From: Candidatus Bathyarchaeia archaeon
GTDB lineage: Archaea > Thermoproteota > Bathyarchaeia > Bathyarchaeales > Bathycorpusculaceae
Direction: 5' to 3'
DNA length: 57,061 nt
Assembly: GCA_049515895.1 (NCBI GenBank)
Contig: JBEKTQ010000027.1
Coordinates: forward strand, 1-57,061
Shown: positions 40,551 to 49,972 of the stretch, piece after piece
Layout of the letters: the number at the start of each line of letters is the position of its first letter
Numbering within the stretch: position 1 is the stretch's first letter
The notes under the pieces: model-generated
Told to the model about the DNA's origin: nothing
Database searches by the model: none
What the model saw: the letters and a program-made list of their open reading frames with translations, nothing else
Made by a program: the position numbers and the translations under genes

Positions 40551-40650
40551 GCGTCAACTAAAGTCAACTATCGTCTGCTAAAGTCAACTAAAGTCTACTA
40601 ACGTCAACAAAAGTCAATAGAAGTCAATAGAAGTCTGAAAAAGTCAATAA
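40551..40650. repeat. 10-bp tandem repeat x10 (consensus AAGTCAACTA)
   Basis: gcgtcaacta aagtcaacta tcgtctgcta aagtcaacta aagtctacta acgtcaacaa aagtcaatag aagtcaatag aagtctgaaa aagtcaataa. Confidence 0.92.
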
Positions 40651-40655
40651 ATCAT

Positions 40656-41039
40656 TTAGATAACAAATTCAACGCCTTCCAAGCCTTTGAACCATTTGTC
40701 CCCAGTCAGAAATTTTATGTTAGACTTTTTTGCAAGATAATATCCCAACGCATCGGCATAAGATATGTCACGACCATTTTTCTTTAGCTTTAACCAAAGT
40801 TTCATTGCGCCCTCAATATCGGCTACCCCGAAATCCGTCACAAATTTAGCAAACGCTTTAACCACCTGAGAGGCGGCTTGTGCTCCGTGAACTTCAAGAG
40901 TTCGATAGTATATTTCCATTAAATTTAGCTTGGTTAAAATGCCGTCATTTTCTTCGAAAAAAGGCCTGTATTTTGGGTTGTCACTAAGATAAGCAAGAAC
41001 AGCATAGCTGTCATAGAAGAACCGTTTAGCTTTCTGCAA
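40656..41039 (-). CDS. vapC: VapC/PIN toxin
   Basis: FFYDSYAVL, NLME, ISYADAL, FLTGD. Confidence 0.9.
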   Translation of the reverse strand: MQKAKRFFYDSYAVLAYLSDNPKYRPFFEENDGILTKLNLMEIYYRTLEVHGAQAASQVVKAFAKFVTDFGVADIEGAMKLWLKLKKNGRDISYADALGYYLAKKSNIKFLTGDKWFKGLEGVEFVI

Positions 41040-41040
41040 A

Positions 41041-41247
41041 TCATGCCCAGCCGATTTTCATTTCGTCTTTCTCATGCTGCAAGTCCTTGAAAGGATATTT
41101 GCCTCTGAGACAACTCACGTCAGATGATTTTCTCACTATTACTTCTACTTCTTCGTCTTCTTTGAGCCCTTCTTCGTCAACCAGTGTTTTCGGCAACACG
41201 ATGCCTAACGAATTTCCCCAACGCTTGACTTTTGTCTTCGCTATCAT
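41041..41247 (-). CDS. AbrB/MazE-family antitoxin
   Basis: KVKRWGNSLGIVLPK; directly upstream of the PIN gene. Confidence 0.9.
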   Translation of the reverse strand: MIAKTKVKRWGNSLGIVLPKTLVDEEGLKEDEEVEVIVRKSSDVSCLRGKYPFKDLQHEKDEMKIGWA

Positions 41248-41312
41248 AATTAGACATGTATAACTACACAGATTTAAAACTTGCTGACCGCTGCATAAAG
41301 ATAGAGACAAAA

Positions 41313-41350
41313 TGGGCCCGCTGGGAACCGACTCTGTGCAGCCGCCTTTT
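41313..41350 (-). repeat. tRNA-3'-end-like att remnant, copy A
   Basis: Minus strand ..GGTTCCCAGCGGGCCCA; 27/38 ungapped identity to 49978-50015. Confidence 0.5.
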
Positions 41351-41390
41351 ATACTATTTTTCCTGTTTTTTGTTTTTTTATTTTTGTCCT

Positions 41391-41885
41391 TTAGATTTGC
41401 TTATCCCAGCCTTCGCCGAATTTCTCGTCTGCTCGCTTTTTTTGCTCTCTCAGATGAACCATAGCGTCATCCAGCCGCAATACACCTGCAAATAAGTCAA
41501 CATTTTCAGCGATGGCACAGACATTTGCTTCCCACTTGCTGTTCGCATCGAATCTATGAACATCTAAGTTAACCAAGTGCTCGAGTAGTTTTCCGCCCTT
41601 AGTAACTAAGTCAACCGAAATGAAGTAGGCGTCGCCCACCTGAGACTTTACCTTCCTAACCGCCATTTCTTGTTCATTTGCATGTTCTTTGTACCAATGC
41701 TCCTTGTACGCCTCATAGCCGCTTAAGGTTTTGGGCGCAGTAAAGTTGCAATTTTCCCACAAAGGTTGTCCCGGAGTAGGCGTCAAATATCTTTTGTTTG
41801 TGCAATATAGTTTATCATAATTATTAGAAGGCTTTGGAGCACCATCCAGCAACTTCCTAACGCTAAATTCTTCCTTTTTAGACAA
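41391..41885 (-). CDS. Hypothetical protein with a putative C2H2-type zinc finger
   Basis: YC..CNF..Y..HW..EH; purine-rich SD. Confidence 0.65.
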   Translation of the reverse strand: MSKKEEFSVRKLLDGAPKPSNNYDKLYCTNKRYLTPTPGQPLWENCNFTAPKTLSGYEAYKEHWYKEHANEQEMAVRKVKSQVGDAYFISVDLVTKGGKLLEHLVNLDVHRFDANSKWEANVCAIAENVDLFAGVLRLDDAMVHLREQKKRADEKFGEGWDKQI

Positions 41886-42020
41886 CTGAATTTCCCCTCT
41901 CTTCTTCCTCTTTTAATTATTTACTTTTTGTAAAACTGTATTTCAATTTAACGCATGTCCGACACTCTTCCCCATCATCGTCAGGTTCTTGTTCTATTCC
42001 AGTCGGGAAATTTATGATTT

Positions 42021-42419
42021 TTATTTCCCAATATCATTTAGCACTGATGCTTTAATGGCGGGTGTTGCCTTTTTGATTAGCTGGAGGTCTTCGGTTATTA
42101 GTTGCAATTCTTTGAGTCTGGCCAGGTAAACGTATGAGGCATCGTAAAATGTGGTTTTCAATTGCATTGCCGATTCCAGTATTTCTTCTTCATTGCCCTC
42201 TATCGGTATGACTTCCATTAGATTTAGCGTGTGCTTTATTGACTTTAAGATCATTTTTGCTTCGTCTTTTGAGATTTTGGCCTGCAAGAAATAATTTTTC
42301 CAAACAATGTTTCCCAGTTCATACCTTGCTAGCTCCAAAGTAAAGTTTCCAACTAACAGGTCGATTTTGTTTTCTTTAACAACTCTAAATATGGCTGAAG
42401 AATCAAACAGGTACTTCAT
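42021..42419 (-). CDS. vapC: VapC/PIN toxin
   Basis: YLFDSSAI, YELGN, TFYDASY, LITED. Confidence 0.92.
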   Translation of the reverse strand: MKYLFDSSAIFRVVKENKIDLLVGNFTLELARYELGNIVWKNYFLQAKISKDEAKMILKSIKHTLNLMEVIPIEGNEEEILESAMQLKTTFYDASYVYLARLKELQLITEDLQLIKKATPAIKASVLNDIGK

Positions 42420-42646
42420 TGGCTTTCTCTATCTTCTCTTATGCTACTAACTATATCTTCCATGCCTACTTTCTCGAGAATGGGTTTTAATCTGATTATT
42501 TCTTGCTTAAGTTGTTCCGCTTCTTTCCTTTTTATTTCATCTTCGATAGCTTTTCGCAATATTTTGGATGGTTTGATCTTGAGGGTTCTCATTTTTTCTT
42601 TGAGTTGTTTAGGAATTTTTGTAGAAACTGTTACGCATTCGGGCAA
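42416..42646 (-). CDS. RHH-type antitoxin (VapB)
   Basis: VTVSTKIPKQLKEKM..SKILRKAIEDEI..IREDRE; ATGA overlap with vapC. Confidence 0.85.
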   Translation of the reverse strand: MPECVTVSTKIPKQLKEKMRTLKIKPSKILRKAIEDEIKRKEAEQLKQEIIRLKPILEKVGMEDIVSSIREDRESQ

Positions 42647-42873
42647 TTTCTCACAAAAAGGTAGTAATGAAAGTAAGTAAAAAATGTTTCCAATTTTTCT
42701 TACCTTTTGAGTTTTCTTATCGCGACATAAATATGGCAGCAGAGCCGATGCTTGGAAGCTGAAGCAATTCATGGGTTTAAAACCATTTGACAGCACAGCT
42801 AGTCTTGTTCAACGGAGCTGGGAAGAAAACGAGAAGACATTTACCCGCCTTAGCGGGGAACTTCGTTCAAAAA

Positions 42874-43161
42874 TTAAAGCTTTAGCGTTTCGTTTCTCTC
42901 TTCAACATTCATGTATCTTCTTAAACACAACTCGTAGTCGCTACATTTTCCTGGCTCCGAGCAGCTGAAAAATCCGACGCAATCATTGAGGGATTCCTCC
43001 ACTTTCAAGTCGGTCAATACAGGTAAATTTATCTCAAATTCTTGAGGTTTTGCTTTTTGAGGGGCCTTCCCTTTACCCCTAGATTCAAAATATTCCTCAA
43101 CTTTTAAGTCAGTTAACATCGCTAAATCTGTGTCAAATTCTTGGGTTTTACGAGAGGCCAC
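42874..43161 (-). CDS. Small protein with an internal ~20-aa duplication and a C-terminal Cys cluster
   Basis: QEFDTDLAMLTDLKVEE / QEFEINLPVLTDLKVEE; CVGFFSC..C..YELC. Confidence 0.65.
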   Translation of the reverse strand: MASRKTQEFDTDLAMLTDLKVEEYFESRGKGKAPQKAKPQEFEINLPVLTDLKVEESLNDCVGFFSCSEPGKCSDYELCLRRYMNVEERNETLKL

Positions 43162-43174
43162 TCCATTTCTTCCC

Positions 43175-43330
43175 CTATTCTATAAGTCCGTGTTTTTGGA
43201 GGACCTCTACAACATACCTATTGTATCTCTCTTCTTCTACCCGCTGTTGCAGGAAGGCTCTAGCTTGTGCCAGAACCTCGTTTCTTTGAGAATCAGAGAG
43301 TTCAAGCAAATTAACCGTTATTTTCTCCAT
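43175..43330 (-). CDS. 51-aa microprotein, paralog B (not in ORF track)
   Basis: MEKITVNLLELSDSQRNEVLAQARAFLQQRVEEERYNRYVVEVLQKHGLIE*. Confidence 0.7.
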   Translation of the reverse strand: MEKITVNLLELSDSQRNEVLAQARAFLQQRVEEERYNRYVVEVLQKHGLIE

Positions 43331-43352
43331 TCCAATTTCACCACATTAAGGT

Positions 43353-43538
43353 TCAATAATTTTCTTCTAACTCGTTTAAATCAGCTACGACTTCATCCTC
43401 GTCTAGAATTGACGCTGAAATACGCCTATAATATCTCTCTTCTTCAACTTGCTCGTGCAGATAGGCTCTAGCTTGCGTCAATACTTCGTTTCTTTGAGAA
43501 TCAGAGAGTTCAAGCAGATTAACCGTTATTTTCTCCAT
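43353..43538 (-). CDS. 61-aa microprotein, paralog A
   Basis: MEKITVNLLELSDSQRNEVLTQARAYLHEQVEEERYY...; DNA near-duplicate of 43255-43333. Confidence 0.7.
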   Translation of the reverse strand: MEKITVNLLELSDSQRNEVLTQARAYLHEQVEEERYYRRISASILDEDEVVADLNELEENY

Positions 43539-44081
43539 TCCATTTCGCCCATACATAATGAATATGATATCTTAATAAATCACTTATTTCAACTACAAAC
43601 ATATATCCAAATTTGATACATCCTAAAAGCTATGGAATTTTTTCAGAGACTTTCCCCGCATTAGCGTTTCCTTTGATCGTTGAAACTCCCCAAAACTCCG
43701 CCTGCACCACAACAAACTTAACATCATCCAAAAATTGTAGAAACAGTTTGCCTGTACTAACTCTAAGAAATCTCAGGTGCGTCTTCCAATGCCTAATTCA
43801 AAAGGAGCGCGCGCTCCCCCTTAAAAATCTCCCATTCAGTAGTGGCATCTTAAGCTAAAATAACTTTTGCTTTGAGCGCGCATTCACATGGTGCACGATG
43901 TATATCGCTACATGTGAAGAACGTTTAATAGGTAAAACCATCAGCTAACAGGTAGTCCCAAAAACCCTCAAGTGGACTAAAGGACAAGTCAGTGGTTTGG
44001 CTCCCTTATAATCTCCCTTCTCCCCCGCCAAACCACTTTCTTGCTCTTTCCCTCATTTCAAACATAAGGAAGAAAATAAGA

Positions 44082-44492
44082 ATGATGAAACTGACCCCTT
44101 ATCTTCTATTCAATGGCACTTGTAAACTTGCGATGGAGTTCTATCAATCTTGTTTTGGAGGAGAACTGAATCTCCAAAAAGTTGGTGACTCTGCCATGAA
44201 GGATCAGATGTCGCTTGCAACGCATCAAAAAGTACTCAATGCACATCTCAAAAGCAAGGTTGTCGAAATTTCAGCCTCAGATTGGCTGCGACCGGACCGA
44301 ACACCGATACAGGGCAATACGGTGTGTCTTTACCTTAGCGGCGGAACTCCAAAGGAACTCAGAGAATTCTTTGGCAAACTTTCAGATGGAGCCGATGTAA
44401 CTGACCCTCTTAAAGAGATGTTTTTTGGCATCTACGGGGCGCTGAACGATAAATTTGGTGTCCGATGGATGTTCCAAGCAAACAAGAGTTAA
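44082..44492 (+). CDS. VOC/PhnB-like glyoxalase family protein
   Basis: LTPYLLFNG.C..AMEFYQSCFGG, FFG.YG...DKFGVRWM. Confidence 0.92.
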   Translation: MMKLTPYLLFNGTCKLAMEFYQSCFGGELNLQKVGDSAMKDQMSLATHQKVLNAHLKSKVVEISASDWLRPDRTPIQGNTVCLYLSGGTPKELREFFGKLSDGADVTDPLKEMFFGIYGALNDKFGVRWMFQANKS

Positions 44493-44649
44493 ATCGACAG
44501 CGTGAAAGGGTATTTGGCACTGTGTAAAACTGAGCTGAGCCGAACTTGAACGGGTTAAAGCCACTCTTTTAGTCAACAATTTCCTACAGGTCTAAGCAGG
44601 ACTGCCCGTTACTGAATCCAAAAGGAATAAGCATTAGAGGTGTCGTCAA

Positions 44650-44803
44650 TTGGGTTGTTATCTTGGGTTTACTACAGTGAAAAGAGTGGCACGATCATTG
44701 CAGAGCTTATGATGTCAGCTACCATGTGTGTGAACCGACTAACTGCGACATTGCGGCTTCTCGCAAATATGAAGCCGTAAAAGAGGCTGTCAAGAAACGT
44801 TAG
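44650..44803 (+). pseudogene. Putative 50-aa Cys/His microprotein with a +1 frameshift
   Basis: GAGGTG SD; removing one A from GTGAAAAGAG gives MGCYLGFTTVKEWHDHCRAYDVSYHVCEPTNCDIAASRKYEAVKEAVKKR*. Confidence 0.4.
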
Positions 44804-44866
44804 GCGATATCTGCTCCTACGATTAAAGGGTGCCCCGAGAAAAGAAAAAAAGAGAAATTTTTACTA

Positions 44867-45070
44867 TTAATGTTTAGATTTTTGCGCCAACGCCGCTGCT
44901 GCTACAATTGCAATTATCACACCAAGTCCGATAACTGTCCAGTATAGGTAGGTAATGCTCTCCTTAGGGATGACATAGCACCAAAGCAACGAAACAAGTA
45001 CCACCAAGATACCCAAAAAAAGTTCTGCCCCTGCAAAAGCCTTATTTGCTGCCAATCTTTTTTCCCCCAA
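44867..45070 (-). CDS. Small two-TM membrane protein
   Basis: Two hydrophobic helices. Confidence 0.6.
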   Translation of the reverse strand: MGEKRLAANKAFAGAELFLGILVVLVSLLWCYVIPKESITYLYWTVIGLGVIIAIVAAAALAQKSKH

Positions 45071-45183
45071 AAAAATATGACGGCATCATCTTTTATGTTT
45101 TGCTATGCTATCCTTGCGCTGCGGGATGCCACTTAGCGCGTGCCAATTTGGTGTCAGGTGTAGGCGCCTGTTGACATGTTTTG

Positions 45184-45663
45184 TTACGCTGGTTGTGCTA
45201 CTGGCGGCATTAGTTTTGCATTATCCAAACCATAGCATAAGTGGTTGTCATAGTCTCTGAAGGTGAATATGGTTCCTGAAAAGGAGACTACTTCTGGTCC
45301 GTTTGCAAAGGTTGGAGCACTCAATCCCTCTGATACTGATGAAGACAGATCTGTGATGAAATTTGAGGAGGATGTTATATTTGTTGATGAAACAATGTAA
45401 ATTATTGTTCCGTTGGGCAAACTCAGACCTGAGTACACATCGTTGCTTATTGTTATTCCCCAAACCAAAGGAACGGATGTGTTTGTTCCAGGCTGCGCAA
45501 GCTGTGGCGGTGATACTGAACTCAACGTGCCTTGGTAGGTGCCGGCTGGCAACGTTGGACTAAAAGCGAAGGGATGAGGATGCAAAACCAATTCAATGAC
45601 TACGAGAAGCAATATTATTGCAATAATTATTATGAAAATCGAAATAATGTTCTTCTTGTTCAT
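45184..45663 (-). CDS. N-terminally anchored extracellular hypothetical protein
   Basis: Hydrophobic N-terminus, Ser/Thr-rich body with NxS/T sites. Confidence 0.7.
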   Translation of the reverse strand: MNKKNIISIFIIIIAIILLLVVIELVLHPHPFAFSPTLPAGTYQGTLSSVSPPQLAQPGTNTSVPLVWGITISNDVYSGLSLPNGTIIYIVSSTNITSSSNFITDLSSSVSEGLSAPTFANGPEVVSFSGTIFTFRDYDNHLCYGLDNAKLMPPVAQPA

Positions 45664-45884
45664 TTTCTTTCTCTGAACTCTTAATCTAACTAAGCCAATA
45701 TTAGCTTATACTTTTGAATTCATGTTTGGAGCCAGTTGGCAAACCTTTTATTCGCTACATTTAAGCAAGCACAACGGGGTAATAAGATGGATGGAAAAAA
45801 CTCCAATTTCTAATCTTACTCGCAAGATTAGCAAAATAAGCAACGCACTGGCGCGCGAAGAAGCCTGAGCCGTGAAGTTGCTGC

Positions 45885-46280
45885 TCAGGTGCCTGACTTT
45901 GGCGGCATCATGCTGCCTAGCAATTCGGTCAGAGGCGGCGTACTTATCGGTTCGTCTTCCACGATTTTTTCGTCAGCGAGACGGTAATAGGTGATGACTC
46001 GTGCAGAGGCCTTTTTTCCGCTGGCGAGGGTGATGTTCATGTTGCCCCGAAATACGACCGCATCGCCTTCGGCTACTATATCCGCGATTTCAAAATCGCG
46101 GGTCGGCGCAGCGGCCTTCAGACCGGAAATCATAGCCTTGAAACCAGTGCGATTGGTGACGCCCATACTCGGATTCACATAATTTGGCGCAAGCAATTCG
46201 TCGATAAGGTCGATATTGCCACCGCCCAACACCTCTGTGATGAATCTGCGGACGATGGCTTTGTTCCTATCAGTAGTCAT
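45885..46280 (-). CDS. SnoaL-like / NTF2-family protein
   Basis: RNKAIVRRF, DELLAP, IVAEGDAVV, YRLADEKIVE; GGAG SD. Confidence 0.88.
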   Translation of the reverse strand: MTTDRNKAIVRRFITEVLGGGNIDLIDELLAPNYVNPSMGVTNRTGFKAMISGLKAAAPTRDFEIADIVAEGDAVVFRGNMNITLASGKKASARVITYYRLADEKIVEDEPISTPPLTELLGSMMPPKSGT

Positions 46281-46540
46281 TTAAAATTCTCCTATACCGT
46301 GAGATGGTCACGCAGTCAATATAACTCTATTGGCTCACATTGTCACGGAAGGCAAAGGAATCGTAACCACCAAGAATCAAGAGCACACAATTACGCCTGG
46401 AATGATAGTTTTTGTTTCTCCGGGAGAGGAGCATTAGCACGGAGCCACCAAAGATTCATCCTTTGCCCACCTATCCATAATCGGCCAGCCTCATGAAATG
46501 AAGACAGTGGAAAAATAATCAGATTCGGGCCTGCGCAATG

Positions 46541-46804
46541 TCAAATGGCGCATACCGGTCCTTTTTGAGCGCTCAATATGACTGAAGTTACTGTGCTCTT
46601 AATGCCCTTGATCTTCATTATTCTTTTTTTCAGGACATCGCTTAATGCCTCAATATCCGAGGCCGACACAATCGCAACGACGTCAAATTCGCCTGTTACC
46701 TCGTAAAGTTCCTCTACTACGTCTATCTGAGAAAGAGATTCAATCACCTCATCCATTTGCGACGACTCGACAAAAATGTTTACCAAAGCATGTAATTCAT
46801 GCAC
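46541..46804 (-). CDS. Lrp/AsnC ligand-binding domain protein
   Basis: YEVTGEFDVVA..IKGIKSTVTS. Confidence 0.9.
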   Translation of the reverse strand: MHELHALVNIFVESSQMDEVIESLSQIDVVEELYEVTGEFDVVAIVSASDIEALSDVLKKRIMKIKGIKSTVTSVILSAQKGPVCAI

Positions 46805-47138
46805 TTAACTCACCAACAAATTCGCAGAAACTCTTTAATCTTCCACTGACGAGGCAACTATTGTACTTTTCCTAGACCATCTTGGCTCGCGAGAATAAAA
46901 TTGGAAGGGAAAGTGGGACGTGAGTGCCATTCACTTATAACTTTGGGATCCATCAAAGCCGATTTAGTCCTGGTTCTGCCAGCGAACTACGGCTGGGGAG
47001 CCCGATGGGCGACAGACCATAGTTTTCTGAGTTTAACGAGATTTTGATTAGTTTTCTTCAATATCCAGCTATCAGAAGATATTGTTAAGTGATTTGTGGA
47101 AGTTAATGTCAACCAGCAATCAATTTTGATGAATAACT

Positions 47139-47551
47139 CTAACTATTCAGAACATTTAGCATTTCCTCAACTGTTAGGATTTTTATCCCTTTGAATTCTT
47201 TCAACGAAAGCAGGTGCCTGTCGCCTGAAACAATGTAGTCAGCTTTGCCATCATAAGCAGCTCGTATAATAATGTCATCGTCAGGGTCTTCCGCTATAAC
47301 CCTAAACTTGGACTTTACTTGCGTAAATTTGCCTATTCGACTCAAGTCAGCTAAGAACAACTTAACATCAATTTCTGTCACATATTTTTCAAACTTTTTA
47401 CGGCTCACAACATTAACGAACTCTGAAGACATTTCTTCCGATAATTCGAGAGTAAACTCATTGTTTTTTGCCCTGCGCCAAAGTTCCTGAGGCTTCCTAC
47501 GACTATCAAACTGGAAACCAGCACATTAATGTCGAAAACTACGACAATCAA
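47139..47551 (-). pseudogene. PIN-family toxin with a 1-nt deletion near 47495
   Basis: MIVVVFDINVLVSSLI in one frame and KPQELW...EDPDDDIII..ADYIVSGDRHLL in the next; span 413 nt. Confidence 0.85.
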
Positions 47552-47565
47552 GTAATTCCCGATTC

Positions 47566-47865
47566 CTATGCCTTTTTAGCTCTTGCAGCCTTCTCTTTTC
47601 TGTATTTTTGTATTTCCTCTTCTATGTCATCTTGCGTTAACTCGCCGTATTTTGCTATTCTTTCATCGACTCTTTTGTACATGGCTTCAATCTCTTTCGA
47701 GAAGTCCGGCTCTTCAAATTTCTTCAGTATCACCGCGTCGTCGCATTCATATACTAAGAATTTAGTTTTAGGTTTGAGACCCATCCGTAATCTTATTTTT
47801 GCAGGTATGACAACTTGACCTTTTTCGCTGAGAATCGTAAGTTCTGCCTTTTCACTTTGAGTCAT
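47566..47865 (-). CDS. AbrB/MazE-family antitoxin
   Basis: LSEKGQVVIPAKIR..GLKP. Confidence 0.9.
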   Translation of the reverse strand: MTQSEKAELTILSEKGQVVIPAKIRLRMGLKPKTKFLVYECDDAVILKKFEEPDFSKEIEAMYKRVDERIAKYGELTQDDIEEEIQKYRKEKAARAKKA

Positions 47866-48114
47866 TCGTTGCTCCAATTATCATCTTACATTCTTACCTA
47901 AATAGCTATCTGTGGCAAAGAAATTCTTCAGGTAGGCCTGGTGAAGAATTCCCTGCGCTTTAGACAGTGGATTGAATTGCTGTTATGTCCTGAACTCACC
48001 TGTGCAAGGTATTTTTCGTTGGCCAAATTTTTCATGTCAACAATACCTTAAAATATTTTAGTGTTACTTTGCATTATACGCTGTATTTGCGCGTAATTAA
48101 CAGGTGATGGCTTC

Positions 48115-48351
48115 ATGGTAAAAAATGTTATAAATTTGGATGAAAGAGAAAACCGAGTTATCAATATAGTCAAAGCAAAGTATGGGCTGAAGGATAAAAA
48201 TCAAGCTTTAAGCATAATTATTAAGCGATACGAAGAGTGTGAGCTTGAACCTGAGCTTAGACCCGAATTTGTTAAGGGAATAGAGGAAACTGTGAAGAAA
48301 GGCAAATTCATCAAAGTCAAGGATTTCGCGGAAGAGTATGGGCTAAAGTGA
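48115..48351 (+). CDS. DUF2683-like antitoxin
   Basis: NRVINIVKAKYGLKDK..EPELRPEF; GGTGA SD. Confidence 0.85.
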   Translation: MVKNVINLDERENRVINIVKAKYGLKDKNQALSIIIKRYEECELEPELRPEFVKGIEETVKKGKFIKVKDFAEEYGLK

Positions 48352-48355
48352 TAGC

Positions 48356-48616
48356 TTGTACAGCCTTGAAATCGAGGAAGAGGTTTCTAAGACTTTTCGG
48401 AAGCTCCTTAAGAAAGACAGAATGCAATTAGAGGCCGTAAATAAGAAAATCAACCAAATCCGTTCCGATCCATACCAATTCAAACCCCTAAAACATCCCT
48501 TGGAAGGTCTCCGCAGAGTGCACATTGGATCTTTTGTGCTCATATACAGAGTAATAGAAAGCCCACCAACTGTTCAAATAATAAAGTATGCACATCATGA
48601 CGAAGCATACATCTGA
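48356..48616 (+). CDS. RelE/ParE-family toxin
   Basis: FKPLK..LEGLRRVHIGSFVLIY..HHDEAY. Confidence 0.9.
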   Translation: MYSLEIEEEVSKTFRKLLKKDRMQLEAVNKKINQIRSDPYQFKPLKHPLEGLRRVHIGSFVLIYRVIESPPTVQIIKYAHHDEAYI

Positions 48617-48720
48617 CATTTTTCGACTTACTCCAATGGAGTTATTTTTGTATTTTAAACCGGGGTTCGAGGGTGTTTCCGCTGAGTTCTATGTTTCATT
48701 GTTCTGCAGAAAGCTTTGTT

Positions 48721-48760
48721 TTAGGTGACAAATTCAACACTTTCCAAGCCTTTGAACCTC
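48721..48760 (-). pseudogene. 3' remnant of a vapC paralog
   Basis: Encodes RFKGLESVEFVT*, matching WFKGLEGVEFVI* at the end of vapC 40656; DNA near-identical over ~30 bp. Confidence 0.6.
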
Positions 48761-48830
48761 GGCCCGGTCTTGTGAGACTGGTGCGCGGTGTTATAATAAT
48801 GATTACAAAAGAGTAGTATTAGCAAATGTT

Positions 48831-48851
48831 TTATAGTAATTTGAACTATAA
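48831..48851. promoter_or_regulatory. Inverted-repeat operator before the AbrB-VapC pair
   Basis: TTATAGT-N7-ACTATAA immediately upstream of the antitoxin start. Confidence 0.45.
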
Positions 48852-48859
48852 TATAGTAG

Positions 48860-49129
48860 GTGAATATAGTGGCTTATGAAGTTAAAGTCACCCGACAATG
48901 CCAAACAACGATCCCCAGTGCAATCAGAAAAAAATATAAAATTGATGAGGGAGACAGCATAATCTACGTTGACTTAGGCGACCATATAGCTATCGTGCCA
49001 GTATCAAAACAGCCCCTTAAAGATTTGAAAAATCTAAAAATAGACGTTAAAGAATCCGTTTCCGAAATGCGTGCAGAGGCACTGCAGACAGCGCAAAGGC
49101 TTGCAGATAGCAAACTAAAAGGTGACTAA
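48860..49129 (+). CDS. AbrB/MazE-family antitoxin
   Basis: VKVTRQCQTTIPSAIRKKYKIDEGD. Confidence 0.88.
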   Translation: MNIVAYEVKVTRQCQTTIPSAIRKKYKIDEGDSIIYVDLGDHIAIVPVSKQPLKDLKNLKIDVKESVSEMRAEALQTAQRLADSKLKGD

Positions 49130-49547
49130 AATCCTAATCGCATCGGATCTCTTGCTGGCAATTATCAAAAAAGAGGACCGATTAAAACCCGTTGCCGAGA
49201 GAATCCTTGAGAAGATAGATTCAGGGGAACTCAAAGGCGTCTACGCCTCGACAGCGGTCCTTCAAGAAATCATATTTTGGTTTTACAACAGACAATTGCA
49301 CAGTGAACTTGCCAAAGCCGTGAACGTCCTATCGCATTTGCATAACGTAGAGTGGATTCCAATAACCCCCGAGGTATGTCTTACTGCTTCACTGTTGATT
49401 AACGAATACAATACCTCACCCTTCGATGCCTACCATGTGGCGACTGCAATACCCAGAGACAAAACAATCCTAAGCACGGAACACATATACGATAAAATCA
49501 AGGGAATAACAAGAGTAGAACCGGCCGAGTTTTCTAAAAATCTCTAA
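49122..49547 (+). CDS. vapC: VapC/PIN toxin
   Basis: VYASTAVLQE, SPFDAYHVA, ILSTE..YD; the usual first Asp appears replaced (ILIASD). Confidence 0.85.
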   Translation: MTKILIASDLLLAIIKKEDRLKPVAERILEKIDSGELKGVYASTAVLQEIIFWFYNRQLHSELAKAVNVLSHLHNVEWIPITPEVCLTASLLINEYNTSPFDAYHVATAIPRDKTILSTEHIYDKIKGITRVEPAEFSKNL

Positions 49548-49558
49548 CTTGCAAAATG

Positions 49559-49599
49559 TGGCGGGCGGCGAGGGATTTAAGCCCTCATTTGAACCCTCG
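49559..49599 (-). other. tRNA 3'-end fragment (att-like) with a 12-bp internal duplication
   Basis: Minus strand CGAGGGTTCAAAT[GAGGGCTTAAAT]CCCTC GCCGCCC G CCA = T-arm, acceptor strand, G73 and CCA. Confidence 0.75.
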
Positions 49600-49623
49600 G
49601 GTATGGGTCGGGTCGGAAGAGCT

Positions 49624-49876
49624 AAAAACAAAGAAAATACCGCCGATTCCCGAGCTAATCAACGAACTCAAACTCTACGGGTACAAGACAACGCCAAGCG
49701 GAAACCTGCAGTATGGAGCGCCAGAGCGCTACCATGACGACTGCGTTACAGCTTTAGCATTAGCTGCATGGCAATTACAGCGCACTCCGCCTCAAGGAGT
49801 AGGCGCATTCTTCCTTCAACACCAAGAACTAAAGAAAAAAGGCAACATATTCGACCACCCCTTCTTTCACCAATAA
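49624..49876 (+). pseudogene. Terminase large subunit, C-terminal nuclease fragment
   Basis: ELINELKLYGY..PSGNLQYGAP..YHDDCVTALALA; no ATPase domain upstream. Confidence 0.8.
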
Positions 49877-49972
49877 AAGCTACAGCTTAATCAGCGACCG
49901 CTCGAAAAAATATGGCTCTTAAAAAATAAGAAAAGAGGATGGATAAATGAGGCTACAGAAATTCGCAATTAG

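Noticed and set aside
40389-40650. CRISPR array
   Set aside because: Units are 10 bp and contiguous, with no unique spacers and no cas genes
43804-43918. Palindromes GGAGCGCGCGCTCC and TTCACATG...CATGTGAA
   Set aside because: Single occurrences with no link to a feature; may be chance
48660-48790. Further tRNA-end-like strings (CGGGGTTCGAGGG; TGGTGCGCGGTG)
   Set aside because: Too short to distinguish from chance
49549-49737. ORF MQNVAGGEGFKPS...
   Set aside because: Typical antisense translation of a tRNA 3' end, not a protein
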